A stretch of DNA of 64,000 nt, taken from NCBI GenBank assembly GCA_022813965.1, contig JALDZS010000008.1:186001-250000 (forward strand), given 5' to 3'. The notes under the pieces are model-generated. The model did not search any database. It saw only the letters and a list, made by a program, of their open reading frames with translations, and had not been told where the DNA came from. Shown here piece by piece: positions 11,603-23,790 of the stretch. This stretch comes from Toensbergia leucococca (Eukaryota). Numbering within the stretch: position 1 is the stretch's first letter; every line of letters starts with the position of its first letter. The position numbers and the translations under genes were made by a program.

Positions 11603-12737
11603 ATGCTTCATCCAGTCTTGACCATTTCCTCCCCAACCGCCAAGCTGGACATCTCCTTCTTACTCAAATCGAGCCCCTCTCCAACCCCGACAACCACTAC
11701 TACCACCTCGACAATATCCAGCTCCACCACTACTGCTTCCATTACCCGCTCCGTTTCCATCCCCATCTACCCTACCATCGTTAGCTCTACGTCCTCTGAT
11801 CAAACCACCCCTTCTACCGCATCACAGCTACCTCCTCAACTCTACGCCCCAACCAGCAAACGCCGCCCGCCTACTAATCCGCACGAGTCTGAGTCTCCTT
11901 CCAAGAAGCAAACTAAATGGAGTGCAGAGGAAGATGCTCGAATCATTGAGCTTCGCGGTTCCGGTATGAAATGGGATGATATCGCCAAACGTATTCCAGA
12001 TCGATCCCCCATTGGCTGTCGTCTGCATTACCAGAACTACTTGGAGCGCAGAAGTGTTTGGGACGATGAGAAAAAGACCCGCTTAGCCAGGGTGTATGAA
12101 CGGTATTTATTGTTCTTTTAATCATCCTCTTTGCCTTCTCAGCTGCTATTCATGTTCCATGCTTGCATATCAGGACCAAGAGATACGAAGAAGGCTTCTC
12201 ACCGGTGTTCTATCACCAATACTTATCGTCAACCTCGTTTCATTACCCTTTACTCTCTCTTTCTTCTTAAGCTCGGAAATCCCATCGCCGGTCCCTTTCT
12301 CACACATACTATTTTCACCTCCTACCACCCTTACTTGCGTTCACAGCCGCATCCTACTAATCCATAACCCCCACAGCATGAAACCCGAGATCTGGAACAA
12401 GGTCGGCGAGGAGCTTGGCGTCCCTTGGCGCGCCGCAGAAGCCATGCACTGGATAATTGGCGAAGAAGAAATGGCGCGCAGAGCCGGCGTCGTTGCCTTT
12501 ACCATGCTCGGGCCAGAGGTTGGCCCCGGCGGCGCAACAGAGATCGGACCTCCTGGGACGAGGGCGAAGAGAAGGGGGGAGAGGGAAGGGGGGAGTCAGG
12601 GGAGGGGTTTACCGAGTCTGGCCGAGGTGATGAGTACGGCGCCGGCTTTTGCTGAGGAGGAGATGTATAGGCCTGGCTATGTGAAAGAGGAACCAGGGAT
12701 GGATCGAGAGAGGGGTGGGGATAGAAGGGGAAGGTAA
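11603..12737 (+). CDS. Myb-domain transcription factor
   Basis: WSAEEDARIIELRGSGMKWDDIAKRIPDRSPIGCRLHYQNYLE..LARVYE|RMKPEIWNKVGEELGVPWRAAEAMHW. Intron 12103-12376. Start codon uncertain. Confidence 0.87.
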
Positions 12738-13881
12738 AGTTGGAAGGTGTTGAAAAAGCTTCTGAGATCAAAAAAAGACATGAGTCATGGAGGTTTTCTT
12801 GTCGCATTCATGGAGCTTGGGCGGCTTTGGTCGTGGATTGGTTTGTCGGGAGATATACACGGAAGGGACGGGTAACAGTACACTTGGTTTTTTTACGAAA
12901 ACATCACTTCGGTATGATTGGCGCGTGGGCGGGCTTGGATATCTGAGAGCTGTTTTTTTTTTTTTTGATTGGGGGTGTTTCGTCCTCTTATTTTGGCCTT
13001 TGTTGGAATGGTTGGGATTTGGGGAATATGTGTGGTATTATTATTTGGGGTTTTGGGATGGATGGGATGGTGGGGTTTGGTGATGGTATACACATGAGGG
13101 GTTTTTTTTTCAGGATATATATGTGGGTTTCTTGGGGGTATACACTAGATGGGATTTTATGGTTTTTTGGGACGGAGGTTTTTGGATCCGTGGGATGGGT
13201 CCCGTTGGTTGGAGAGGGGAGTATACATTTTTGACTAGGTGGTTTGGAGAGGGGGGCTTGATTTTGTTGTTGTATATTTTGTAGATGGCATTTGATTGAA
13301 TATACCTTTTTTTTTATTTTTGGGAGGGGATTATTTATTTATTTATTTATTTATTTTATTCGTTGCTCTTGACACACTCACCTTCTCTCTCCCTTGCACC
13401 TTTTTTTTTTTCTTATGTTGTGAGAGATTGTTTGTTGATGCCGTTTTTTGGAGTTGTTGTTGGGATAGGTTAGCTGGAAATGTGGACATTTCTCCCAAAG
13501 TGGGTTTTGTGTGTGTGTGTGTGTTGTGTGTGGTGGATGGAGGAAGTATTGGATGAGGAGGAGTTGGGATTGGGGTTGTGATTTGATTGATTTGATTGAT
13601 TGAGTGGGTAGGCTGCCTGGATGATAGATAGGGAGGGGCGGAATGGCAATGCGAGTGTTGATGCTAGCTAGCACGTCTTCTCAATGAAAAAATATATACG
13701 GGAGTTTTTTATCTTTTCTTTGAAAAGATTTTCTTGAAAGAAGGGTTGCATATGTAGAGGATGTAAAAAATAAAGATGAGTGTGTTGGTGGTAGTAGTGG
13801 TGAATGAAAAGCCGCGTAAAAGTGAACGTAGGCACACTCAGAGAAGCTTCAATTTACCAAACACCCTTCCCACACCCCACA

Positions 13882-14969
13882 CTAAATCTCCTCCCACTTC
13901 CCCTCCCCATCCCCCTCCCCCCCTTCCCCCTCTCCCTCAACCTCAACATCCACCCTCCCCGCCCTGACAAAAACCCCCCTGTTCCGCCCGCAAGTAAAAT
14001 ACCTCTCCCCCCCCACAGCCCCATCGTTCTTCCCCACCGGCTCGTCCAACTCGATGCCGATCCAGGGCCCGCCGCCTGGGAGCGAGGGTACGGGGCCGAT
14101 GTAGGCGATGCGGCCGCGGCGGTGGTGGGTAGGCGGGAGGGTTATGCGGGTGGTGGGGTGGAGGCCTGTTTTGGGGGGGGTCAGGGGTAGGATTTTCAGG
14201 GGGGGGGAAGGGGGGCATAGCATCATCTTTCTCCCCCCAAAAAAAGGTGAAAGAAAAACCGGGGAATATTGGCAGGATAGGGGTGGGGTTTACCAACCTC
14301 GCTGCTCGATCTCCGCCCACATCTGGCTTATTTTGCGCTCCTGGGATTCGGAGGCGGTGGGGTCGAAGCGGCCGATTTGGTGGGCTTTTTTGTAGGCGAG
14401 GACGCTGGTGGGGAGAGCGGCGTAGGTTGGGGGGGGCATGGTGTATTTTTCGATGGAGGAGAGGGGGGTTGTGAGGAGGGGGGTTGGGGATGTGGATGTT
14501 ACCTATTAGGGGTTTTTTTTAATGTGGGTGTTAGTGGGGAGGGGGAAGGGGGTGAGTGGGTGGGGAAGGAGTGGATTGGGGCCCAAGATGGAAACAAGGT
14601 TTTTTTTTTCTTGAAAGAAAGAGGATGAAATCAATGCATAGCATTCAACCCATTCGCCCTCTTTTTCTCAAAAAGGAAAAATGTCTGACAGAGTAGAAAG
14701 ATTATGAAATCACATACCCTTATCTCTGCCCCCCTCCCCAAAGCCCACTGCCCCACCATCACCGCATCCTCATCCGCAGCTTCAATCGCGACATCCGCCT
14801 GACCTGGCAGGCGGAGGGTCAACTTCTGAGCCGAGGGTGCGATGCCGGTGATGGGTTCCAATTTGGCTTTTAGGACGGAAAGGGTCCACGTGGGGGTTAT
14901 GCGGCGTTCGGAGGAGGTATTGGGGGATGTGATTAAGAGGGGGATGTCGTGGGGGGTTAGAGCTGTCAT
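13882..14969 (-). CDS. ALF1: Tubulin-folding cofactor B (UBL + CAP-Gly; Alf1/Alp11)
   Basis: SSERRITPTWTLSVLKAKLEPITGI (UBL); SVLAYKKAHQIGRFDP; WIGIELDEPVGKNDG..YFTC..RGVFV (CAP-Gly). Two introns. Confidence 0.92.
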
Positions 14970-15404
14970 AGTGGGGATACAAGGGAAGTGGGTGAAGGCT
15001 CTTTTGGGGGTTGATGTTTCTGAAGTCTTGGGATTATCAAGTCGCTTCGCATGATTTATATTGATTTAGGGCTAGTACTGACCAGAACAACGCGTTGCGA
15101 GGATTCCAAGGGTCAAAACTTACTAGCAGTAGCATTGATGTTCGTAATCTCGGTATTGAAAATAACTTAGATGGCCCTTTCAGAAATGTCGAGAAAAGCC
15201 TCATAGACTGCCCACCACATGGTCCTTGTACACGCTCGTAGAACACACCCTTGCGCCTAGACGAGACCCGTTATCCATAACAGCACCTCATCGCGAACAA
15301 GACAGCCAGCACCGTTGATAAGCCCCGGATTCGAAAGTCCTCAAAAATCCCAGCATCAATCCCACGCCAATATCCCACATCCAACTGAAGCACCCCTCAA
15401 CCAT

Positions 15405-17833
15405 CTACCTAATCCTCTCCTTTCCTATGCCATTTTCATTTGCTCTCGCCGTTCCCTTTCCCTTTCCTTTTCCTTTCTCCTTCAGCAATTCCCTATCGTC
15501 GGTGCTTTCCTCGGCTAGTCTTATTGCGGTTGAAGGGGCATCGTGGCCTTGGGCGAAGAAGAGACGCGCGGGCTGCTGGTGATTGTTTGCTATGCCGTAG
15601 AAGTTTCCTAGTTCAGGGAAAGAAGGATTAGCTTGAGGCAATTCTGAAGAGGAGAGTGGGGGTTTTGGTTTGCGTCTGTTGGTGCTTTAGAGGTTCTCGT
15701 CTCATCGTCTGCCTCTTAAAATATTTACGACAGGCGTATTTTCCTGCCTGAAGCAATGAAATGCTTAACAAAACAGTGATGACATACCTCGAGGGACCTG
15801 AAACATTCCGCCCTTGCCAATACTTAATCTTGTAAGAGAATCAGGGTTGCCACCAACATCGACGATGACGCGACCCGTGTGCACGAAGAAACACAGATGC
15901 ATCTTTCTTGAATTTTTGACTCGCTTTTCTCCCCCTGGCGGCAGATCAACCATACCAGAGCCGAAAAAGTCGACATTCAATATCTTTGCGAAACCAAACG
16001 CGGTTCCTTTTACTTGTCGCATTTGGATGGCTGCTGGAGCAAATGCAATATCTGTTTGGCAGTGACTGTAAGCAAACTTATTTGGAGGAAAGCAGAGAGG
16101 AAGGACTGACCAGTCTCCTCCATGTCTTCGTCAATTGCTTCGCCAATATCGGGATCCCATCTCATTACTTCTGCGCGCATTGTGCCCGGGTTCGTCTCCC
16201 ACGGCTCCTGCTCCTCATCCTCCTCGTCCAAATCCTCGAGTTCTCTTTTACGTGCGGGCCTTCGCCTAACTGGCGCTCGCTTTGGTTTTGGCTCTACAAT
16301 CTCGTCTGTTCTGATCACCTCCTTTATACCAGGAAGTGTGAGACTCGACCCTGACAAATTGCCGTCACCATATACAATGCGCTCATTCCGCCAGAACGCC
16401 ATGGGCTTGACTGAAGTTCTACCAGAACGAGTTGTCAGAGCACCGGCGTCGTCTGCAGGAGTCTCACTACGCAGAACAAACAGACTCCGGGGCTTAGGTC
16501 TCGCAGATCCTACCCTCTTTGGCTCGGGTTCTACTGAAGGTGTTTTGTTTACAACTTTCTTAGCAGCTATGATCCTGGCATTGGGATGACGCTTTGCAGG
16601 AGTTGCCTTAGGACCCTTGCGTTTGTTGACAGCCGATGATCCGGCTTTAGCAGGAGGCACTGCATGCTGCGTGGTAGGGATGGGCGATTTCTTGTCTTCC
16701 TCAGCTTCAGACTCGTGCTGTACATTGGTCTTAGCCTTCTTCGTGGGCCTCCCTCCGCGTGACTTTGCCTCCGCAACAGAGATCTGAGACGCATCAAAAT
16801 CGACAGACGCCGTCCTTCGAGGACGTCCAGGCTTCTTAGTGGCTGGATCAGGCGAGGGCAAAAATTCAGGCTCAACTGGTACCGCGCCATTTACCCGCAA
16901 TTTTCCAGAAGGATTCTGACTTGGACGATGTCCTGGATCCTGGAGAAGCTCCGATTCGTCATTTCCATCATTGGGCTCTGACTGTTGCTCCTCTACCAGA
17001 TCCTGGTCTTCATCGTCCTGTAGCATTAGAAGCGAGTCATCCCCATTGTTGATTTGCGCGCTTTCGTCGTACACCAAATCGTTCCCATTCGTCGTGTCCA
17101 CGCCATTCACATCGCCTGGATCTTCATCTTCTTCATCATCGTCCATGCTCAGATTATAGGCCCTTTTCTTGCCTTTGCCTACTTTTGGGTTTTGGCGACC
17201 GTTTTTCAATTTTGATAATTGACCATTTTGTAGTGATGAACTGACACTCGGACGGAGCTGCTCCTTTGAGTAGTCTAATCTCCTGTTCACAAGTGGATGC
17301 GACATTGCGCGATTAGGAGTTTCTTTAGTTCGGTGTATAGGCGAGGACATAGGGCCCACAGATCTCCTAGGGGAGGATCCCAAAGTAGTCTTGATAGGCG
17401 ATCGCGCGCGGGGGGGTGGAAGAAATGTTTTGCTGTTGCGCTTTCGGCTCAATATCTCTGTAGGCTCAGGAATTGTACCTGAGACGAACGGCCTGGTTAA
17501 CAGAATAAAAATTTTAGAAGCGAGGTATTTTGCCCCACGTACTCTCTCCAATGTCCATGTCTTCCTCTTCGGTGATGGTGGAATTCCGTGGGCCACCATT
17601 TCTTTTCGGAGGCGACTTCTCTGGCGATGAAAAGACTCCGTCTATCGGCTCCATTCCATATTCGTCCCGCACTCCAGTGTCCTTCAGGGTAACGCCAGTT
17701 TTTCTGGACATCTATCAGTCTTTGAGATTTCGGTTTTTAGCTGCGCTTCCATTCAGACGCACCTTCCTGCTACGCCGACGTTTGAATAATCGGCTTCGCG
17801 TTTGTTACGCCCATGCGTTCTTGAAGGAACCAT
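15405..17833 (-). CDS. MIF2: Centromere protein C (Mif2/Cnp3)
   Basis: N-terminal YSNVGVAG|RKTGVTLKDTGVRDEYGMEPIDGVFSSP; CENP-C motif TRSGRTSVKPMAFWRNE; cupin FFGSGMVDLPPGGEKRVKNSRKM..MFQVPR|GNFY. Four introns. Confidence 0.93.
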
Positions 17834-18080
17834 GGTTGAGTGATGGAGGCTGACTCCGTCTGATGAGTGGGCTTCGGATACAAATTGAGATCAGCGAGGG
17901 CTTTGCAAGCCAATGAGCAAGCGTATTCAGATGACGAAAATCCGTTGTCGCGTCGATGGTCCAAGGAATCGCAGGTGAACATGGATGAAGCACAACCAAC
18001 ACCTCCATCTAGCGGAAACGGTTGCAGCTAACCCTGTTAGGCTAGTTATATTTTATCCCTACATTTGTACGCTTGGCGAA

Positions 18081-18114
18081 ATAAACAAAACGCGTCTTCT
18101 GTCCCCGCACGCGT
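18081..18114. promoter_or_regulatory. Two MCB-like ACGCGT boxes plus a forkhead-like TAAACAA in the divergent MIF2/RNH201 promoter
   Basis: ACGCGT at 18090-18095 and 18109-18114; ATAAACAAA at 18081. Confidence 0.55.
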
Positions 18115-18166
18115 CCACTACCTGGTGACCACTTATCCGTAATCACTTCAGGAATACGAATTAATC

Positions 18167-19245
18167 ATGGAAGAGTCTGAATTGCAAGAGAATGCTCAAG
18201 AAACCCCTCCTAAGGATTTATTCATTGCTCCTTCCATACACCACCGAGACATTTTGGCAGGAGTTTCCTACACACACCACTCCGCCATCCCAGAGATCCT
18301 TGTCAAGCATTCAACAACAGAATGTGTATTGGGGGTGGATGAAGCAGGTAGAGGTCCAGTGCTTGGTGCGTATATAACGTTTTTCAAATGGTTGCGCAAA
18401 TTGATATCTCATCTTTAGGTCCAATGGTCTATGGCCTACTCTACCTACCCCTAGCATGCCATCAGCAATTACTTGCCAAGACTCATCATTTTGATGACTC
18501 CAAGGTTTTGACTCCTACTGTTCGTTCCTCCTTAATGGAAACGCTTTGTAAGCGAAGTAGCGACCTGTTTCAAAATTGTGGATGGGGAACAAGAGTCATG
18601 TCAGCTCGAGACATATCATCTGCGATGTTAAGGCCAGCTGTGAAATACAATCTCAATGCCCAGGCAATGGACGCCACCATCGACTTGATCAAGGATGTCT
18701 TTGCTAGAGGGCTGAATATCAAAGAAATATACATCGATACTGTTGGAAGTCCCGAAGTCTATCAGAAAAAGCTCGAGCGCATTTTTCCAACAACAAGGAT
18801 CACCGTTGCAAAGAAGGCAGATTCTCTTTATCCTTGCGTCTCGGCGGCTTCGGTCTGTGCCAAAGTCACCAGAGATGCTGCACTCGAGGTCTGTAAACAG
18901 GCTTTGATGGAATCCGATAGCCAAGCAGAAGAGCCCGAGGTGGCTGCACAAGGCTGGGGATCTGGATATCCGTCCGATGCTCGGTGCTCTACCTGGCTCA
19001 AAGAACACATGGACCCTCTATTTGGTTGGGGCAACGAGTGTCGATTTAGTTGGTCCACAACTAAAGATCTACTGGAAGCAAAAGCTACTGCAATTAAGGT
19101 TGAGTGGCCCTTGATGGACGAGGAGGAATTGGATGGCATGAGAATGACGGATTTCTACTCAATTGCACTATCAGGCGGACGAGCATCAGAGACAAATGAG
19201 CTCACAAATTGGTTCGGCACATCTGTGGCTGGAACGATTTTTTGA
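18167..19245 (+). CDS. RNH201: Ribonuclease H2 catalytic subunit A
   Basis: LGVDEAGRGPVL|GPMVY, FDDSK, IYIDTVG, KADSLYPCVSAASVCAKVTRD, GSGYPSD. One intron. Confidence 0.95.
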
Positions 19246-20043
19246 AAAACTATATCTATACAATGTTTCTCTGAGATCTTCCGCAAATTGGGAGTGCGCC
19301 GCTGTGTTGCTCGAATGGTCCAACAGCTGCAAAGTAGTCTTCTCCCTGTATGCTTGCAACGTTCAAGGCTTTCCAAACGTCAATGAACTAGGAGCTATTC
19401 CTACCAAGTCCCATTGAGGGCCAATAGAACACACGACGTGCTCGCCAGAACAACCGAAGTGCACTTTCAGAAGCATCAAATACGGTTGATTGTTGCATAT
19501 TACATGTGCAGAAGAGGCATGAGCAACGGGGATAAATGCTGTCTCTGCATTGGCTTAACAAAGCACAAGACCTAAATCATACTGCTCAACGCATGCATGG
19601 AAAACCACTAAGATAGGCAAGGTAGAAACTTGTAACGATCGATCCGGCTTACGTGGATCACGACGGTGATCCCAAGGGTTTTATCGGAACGGGTCTTAGA
19701 GAGATCCACGAACACTGGAGTGATGGTCTGCCAACTATCACTCAACTAGACTTTATCCATGTCGGTACCCCTCGGGCTCTGGCCTTGTCATTTTCGATGG
19801 ATAATATGGAACACACAACCCTTGCGGGCATTTCTGATGATTCACTACCTTCAATTCCCTCATTGTCTTATCCCACTCACAATCTTGAGTCTTGTGGAGC
19901 AAATGCCTTACTGATTGGCAGTTTAAAGTCGTCCCATCTCGATCTATCTTACAAAGTCTGACAGCCCGCTTTGAGTTCGTAAATATCATCATCCTCATTC
20001 AAGACCTTTTCACCTCAGAGACAGTTATAATCTGATCCCGAAC

Positions 20044-20976
20044 ATGTCGGAAAACAATTGCAAGAAGAATGATATTGGACCCGTCTGTGAAACCCTTGTA
20101 TTACTGATAAGTCAGCAGCGATTGACAGCAGTACTTAGGAATTCGCTCCTCTTCAAAATATCTGCGAATTCCTCACTGCCATTCAAGTTTACACTGACGA
20201 AGCACGCCAAGGCATCGCTCGTTTCGTGGAGGCTAATCATTATTGCTCACACGTCCGAAAAGGTAGCGTACTCGCCAAATCTATACTACAAGGAAACAGC
20301 CGTTTTCTCTAACCAGAGTGAGAACCTGAAGATCTTCGCCAGTGCCTAATATACGAGTCTAATGCCAGAGACGCTCGCCTGATTGGGGTTGAGTACATGA
20401 TTCCAAAACATGTTTACGACACATTGGCCAAGGAAGAGCAAGAATTGTGGTAGGGTTTTGGTGACCCTGTTCATCTTGTTATTACACGTCTTTCTCATGT
20501 GATTTTGCTTACAGACACTCTCACGATTTCGAAGTCAAGTCAGGCATGCTCATCTTGCCAAAGCCAGCTGACATCTCGCTCGAAGACTGGGAGAAGGCCG
20601 AATTGACAGCCATGCAGGAAATTGTGGGCTTGTACGGCAAGACATGGCACTTCTGGCATACGGATCGTGGGGATGAGTTGCCACTTGGTGAGCATATGCT
20701 ATCTTGGACGGAATTCAGTCAGACTCGTTCATGTCTCGGACAGGTCAACCGGTGCTTATGGGCTCGGTGACTCATCGGGACCAAGTCAACCTTGACAAAG
20801 CTCTTGATGAGAGGAATAGGATGTATGATGTGCATCACGATCAGAAAGCTGAGAAGCGCAAGCATATCGAGCCACATAATATCCATCCTAGTAAGTTTAG
20901 TGCTGTGTTTTGAACTGCATTCAGTGACTTTCCGATTTCAGAAGCGGACTCCTGGTGGAAGGAGGCTAGGTCTTGA
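20044..20976 (+). CDS. DUF1264 (oil-body-associated protein-like) gene with an in-frame TGA at a splice junction; possible pseudogene
   Basis: VEANHYCSH..RQCLIY..ARLIGVEYMI..L[W]|HSHDFEVKSGML..LYGKTWHFW..DELPLG. Five introns. The codon across intron 20450-20514 reads TG|A. Confidence 0.8.
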
Positions 20977-21561
20977 GAGAATTGGAGATAATCTTCATAG
21001 GCGTAGAGAGGTAGAGGTAGGTTTTTTCAAAGTGGAACGGAGACTTGGGACCGATCGCAAACTTGAGAGCAAATGGATTGAAATGGTGAGGAGCGTGGGA
21101 AGATAGTGCTACGAGTACCTGATTTGTACTCGCATAGGGTCTCTTCATTTCGGGGATCATCTATCTGCTCTACATTATCTCTTCTCTCTTCACGCTATAT
21201 GAAGGTTATACGGAGGGAAAGTGGGGGTCGACAATGCGGGCAGCCGAATTGGAGGAACCGCGTCACGTACCTACCTAGTACTGCATCTTAAAGGTGAGTG
21301 TGGAGTAGGTACCTCAGTACTGGAACATCAGTGGGTACTAGATGAAAATCATGTCTCATTTCTTGTCCACCTTTGTAGGAACCTAACCAAACTAGCATCT
21401 TAGATAATATCGCTATGGTTGGCTAGATGAGCTCAACGTCTCGAGGCCTGCTTGTCTATCGCTTCGCTGAGGAAGCGAGGGTGGGTGGGGAGTACGGGTA
21501 GTATTTGTATGTTCTTCTACAGTCTTGATCACGATCCTGTCCTGGGAACTCTGTGTCCATA

Positions 21562-22737
21562 ATGTCGTCCTCGAACCGCGCACGAGTTCGCCAAGTTTTA
21601 CCGAAACTCCAAATCGGACGTTACGAGCCAGGTCCTCTTAATTCGCTCACCGACGTCCCGAGTGTCCTGGTCCATACTCAATCCATTATACTGCCGGCTT
21701 CCGCAACTTCCAAAGAAGTCAACACTGGTGTAACTACCATTCTTCCCCGGAAGGATTTCTTCAACAAGGGATGCTACGCAGGCTATTTCAGGTTCAACGG
21801 GTCTGGGGAGATGACCGGAAGTCATTGGCTGGATGAGACAGGTCTTCTCAATTCACCAATTATCATTACCAACTCCTTTGCTGTGGGACCGTGTTATACG
21901 GGAGTCTACGAGTACTGCATTCGTGAACACAAGAACTCGGATGGACTCTGCCCTTGGTTCTTGTTGCCTGTAATTGCTGAGACGTTTGATGGCCATCTCA
22001 GTGACATTGGTGCTTTGGCGGTGAAATCTTCGCATGTTGTACATGGCATTGAGTCGGCCTCGAACGAGGCTGTGAAGGAGGGTAATACTGGTGGTGGCAC
22101 AGGTATGGTTTGTCAAGGTTTCAAAGGCGGCACTGGTAGCTCAAGCCGTATAATTGAGGGACTCGTGTGCGATGGGGACGAGAAGACGCAGAAAACGATG
22201 AATTATACTGTTGGAGCACTTGTTCAGTGCAACTATGGGGCTCAGAGGGATTTCCGAGTTGGAGGTGCTCCTATAGGACGACTGATCCTAGAAGAAGCAA
22301 CAGAGGCGGAGAATGCTAGGCAGAAGAACATTCAGGAAGAAAAAGATAAGAAAGATGGAAGCATCATCGTGATCATTGCTACTGATGCGCCACTTCATCC
22401 GATTCAGTTGCAACGTATGGCAAAGCGTGCAACTGTCGGCCTATCGCGAGTGGGTGGATGGGGGTCGAATAGCTCGGGTGACATTTTCCTTGCCTTTTCC
22501 ACTGCTCACGAGATACCAAGAGCCCCGGACTTTTCCTGGAAGCCTACTGTATCACAGTCTATTCCAATCATACAAGATGTGAGTATCAACGCCCTCTTCG
22601 AAGCTACAGCAGACGCTGTGGAAGAAGCAATTTACAATGCCCTTTGTATGGCAAAGGATATGGTCGGCCCTATGGGCAACAAAGTCAAGGCATTGGATTT
22701 GGATAGGGTTCAGCAGTTGATGGAAAAATACCTGTAA
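21562..22737 (+). CDS. DmpA-like peptidase S58 (L-aminopeptidase/D-esterase, Ntn-like)
   Basis: Intronless. [65 protein letters not shown]. Confidence 0.92.
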   Translation: MSSSNRARVRQVLPKLQIGRYEPGPLNSLTDVPSVLVHTQSIILPASATSKEVNTGVTTILPRKDFFNKGCYAGYFRFNGSGEMTGSHWLDETGLLNSPIIITNSFAVGPCYTGVYEYCIREHKNSDGLCPWFLLPVIAETFDGHLSDIGALAVKSSHVVHGIESASNEAVKEGNTGGGTGMVCQGFKGGTGSSSRIIEGLVCDGDEKTQKTMNYTVGALVQCNYGAQRDFRVGGAPIGRLILEEATEAENARQKNIQEEKDKKDGSIIVIIATDAPLHPIQLQRMAKRATVGLSRVGGWGSNSSGDIFLAFSTAHEIPRAPDFSWKPTVSQSIPIIQDVSINALFEATADAVEEAIYNALCMAKDMVGPMGNKVKALDLDRVQQLMEKYL

Positions 22738-23790
22738 GACAGTGGAATGCTCACCTTATAGAATGAGTGCCTAAGTATATTTCTTTCATGCGTAAATGTA
22801 TCGCAAGCCAATTGTTCTTGTTCCCAATTCAAACAACGATAGCGCCTTGATGCGTTCAGGATCTAATGATAAACACTCCGATAAAAGCTGTTCTAGCATT
22901 GAAAAATCCCGAGGTCCTGCCGAAATCTTTCGGCAGCTTTCATAGTCCTTCTGGATATAAAATAACGGCATGCTCAAAGATGAGAAGCTTATTCAACCAG
23001 AGACACATCTCGTTGCCATGCGTGCCGAATTTCATGAGAACGATCTATGCACTGACAGTCTCTCCAATGGTAGGACAGAAACGGTATGTAGTTAGGTGTG
23101 ACACGATCTTGGGAATACTTGCACCGTGCTAATGCATATGTTACCTAGGTTGTCGCTTCGTGCAGTAGTGCTTGAGGGTTGGATGAGAATGTGCAAGGTT
23201 TGATAGCCTTATTGCTGCCTTATGCCATCTCGGGCTCCCCTTCGAACAAATCCCCAGTCGGTAATGATTCTAGATTACCTCAGTAATACCTGCTTTTCGA
23301 CTGCCATCTCAAATTAGTCCGTCCAATCATGAGAGAAGTGCTGCGCTAACGACTTGTGTAGCAGGAGATTGATACACGAGAGTCGGGGTGAGAAAGCATT
23401 ACCAGAACTTCCAGAAGGCCAGTTCGAACTCTCATCTACTTCATCATCACTTCCGCTTCAAGGGAAGATATCAAATCGAACGCAGTCTTCAGCTGAGATA
23501 TCAAAGCTTGATCAAAAACGATGTATCCTTGGGCGAAGTCCAAGGGTGGAGCTCAAGGAGAAGATAAGTCATGTCAGTTCAATTCACACTTGTCATGAAG
23601 TAATTGGTTCATGGGTATCAAATGCGGTGACCGAAGCTGAAGCTCCGCCTGATTCAGCGTCTACCGAGTCTCTTCCATGTAACAGAAATCCTTGATGAGG
23701 TGACTATCTCCACACCAATAAGCTTCGTCGAATGACTGGCCGCATCAACAAAGACACAGAATTACGACCTCCCTGTTCAACTTTGCTGCA

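Noticed and set aside
11645..11647. Possible CUG start of the Myb gene (CTG GAC ATC, LDISFLL, in good context)
   Set aside because: An in-frame ATG exists at 11603; the two cannot be distinguished without ribosome profiling.
12103..12376. Long Myb intron checked for a second stwintron
   Set aside because: No internal donor/acceptor pair that rebuilds a splice site was found.
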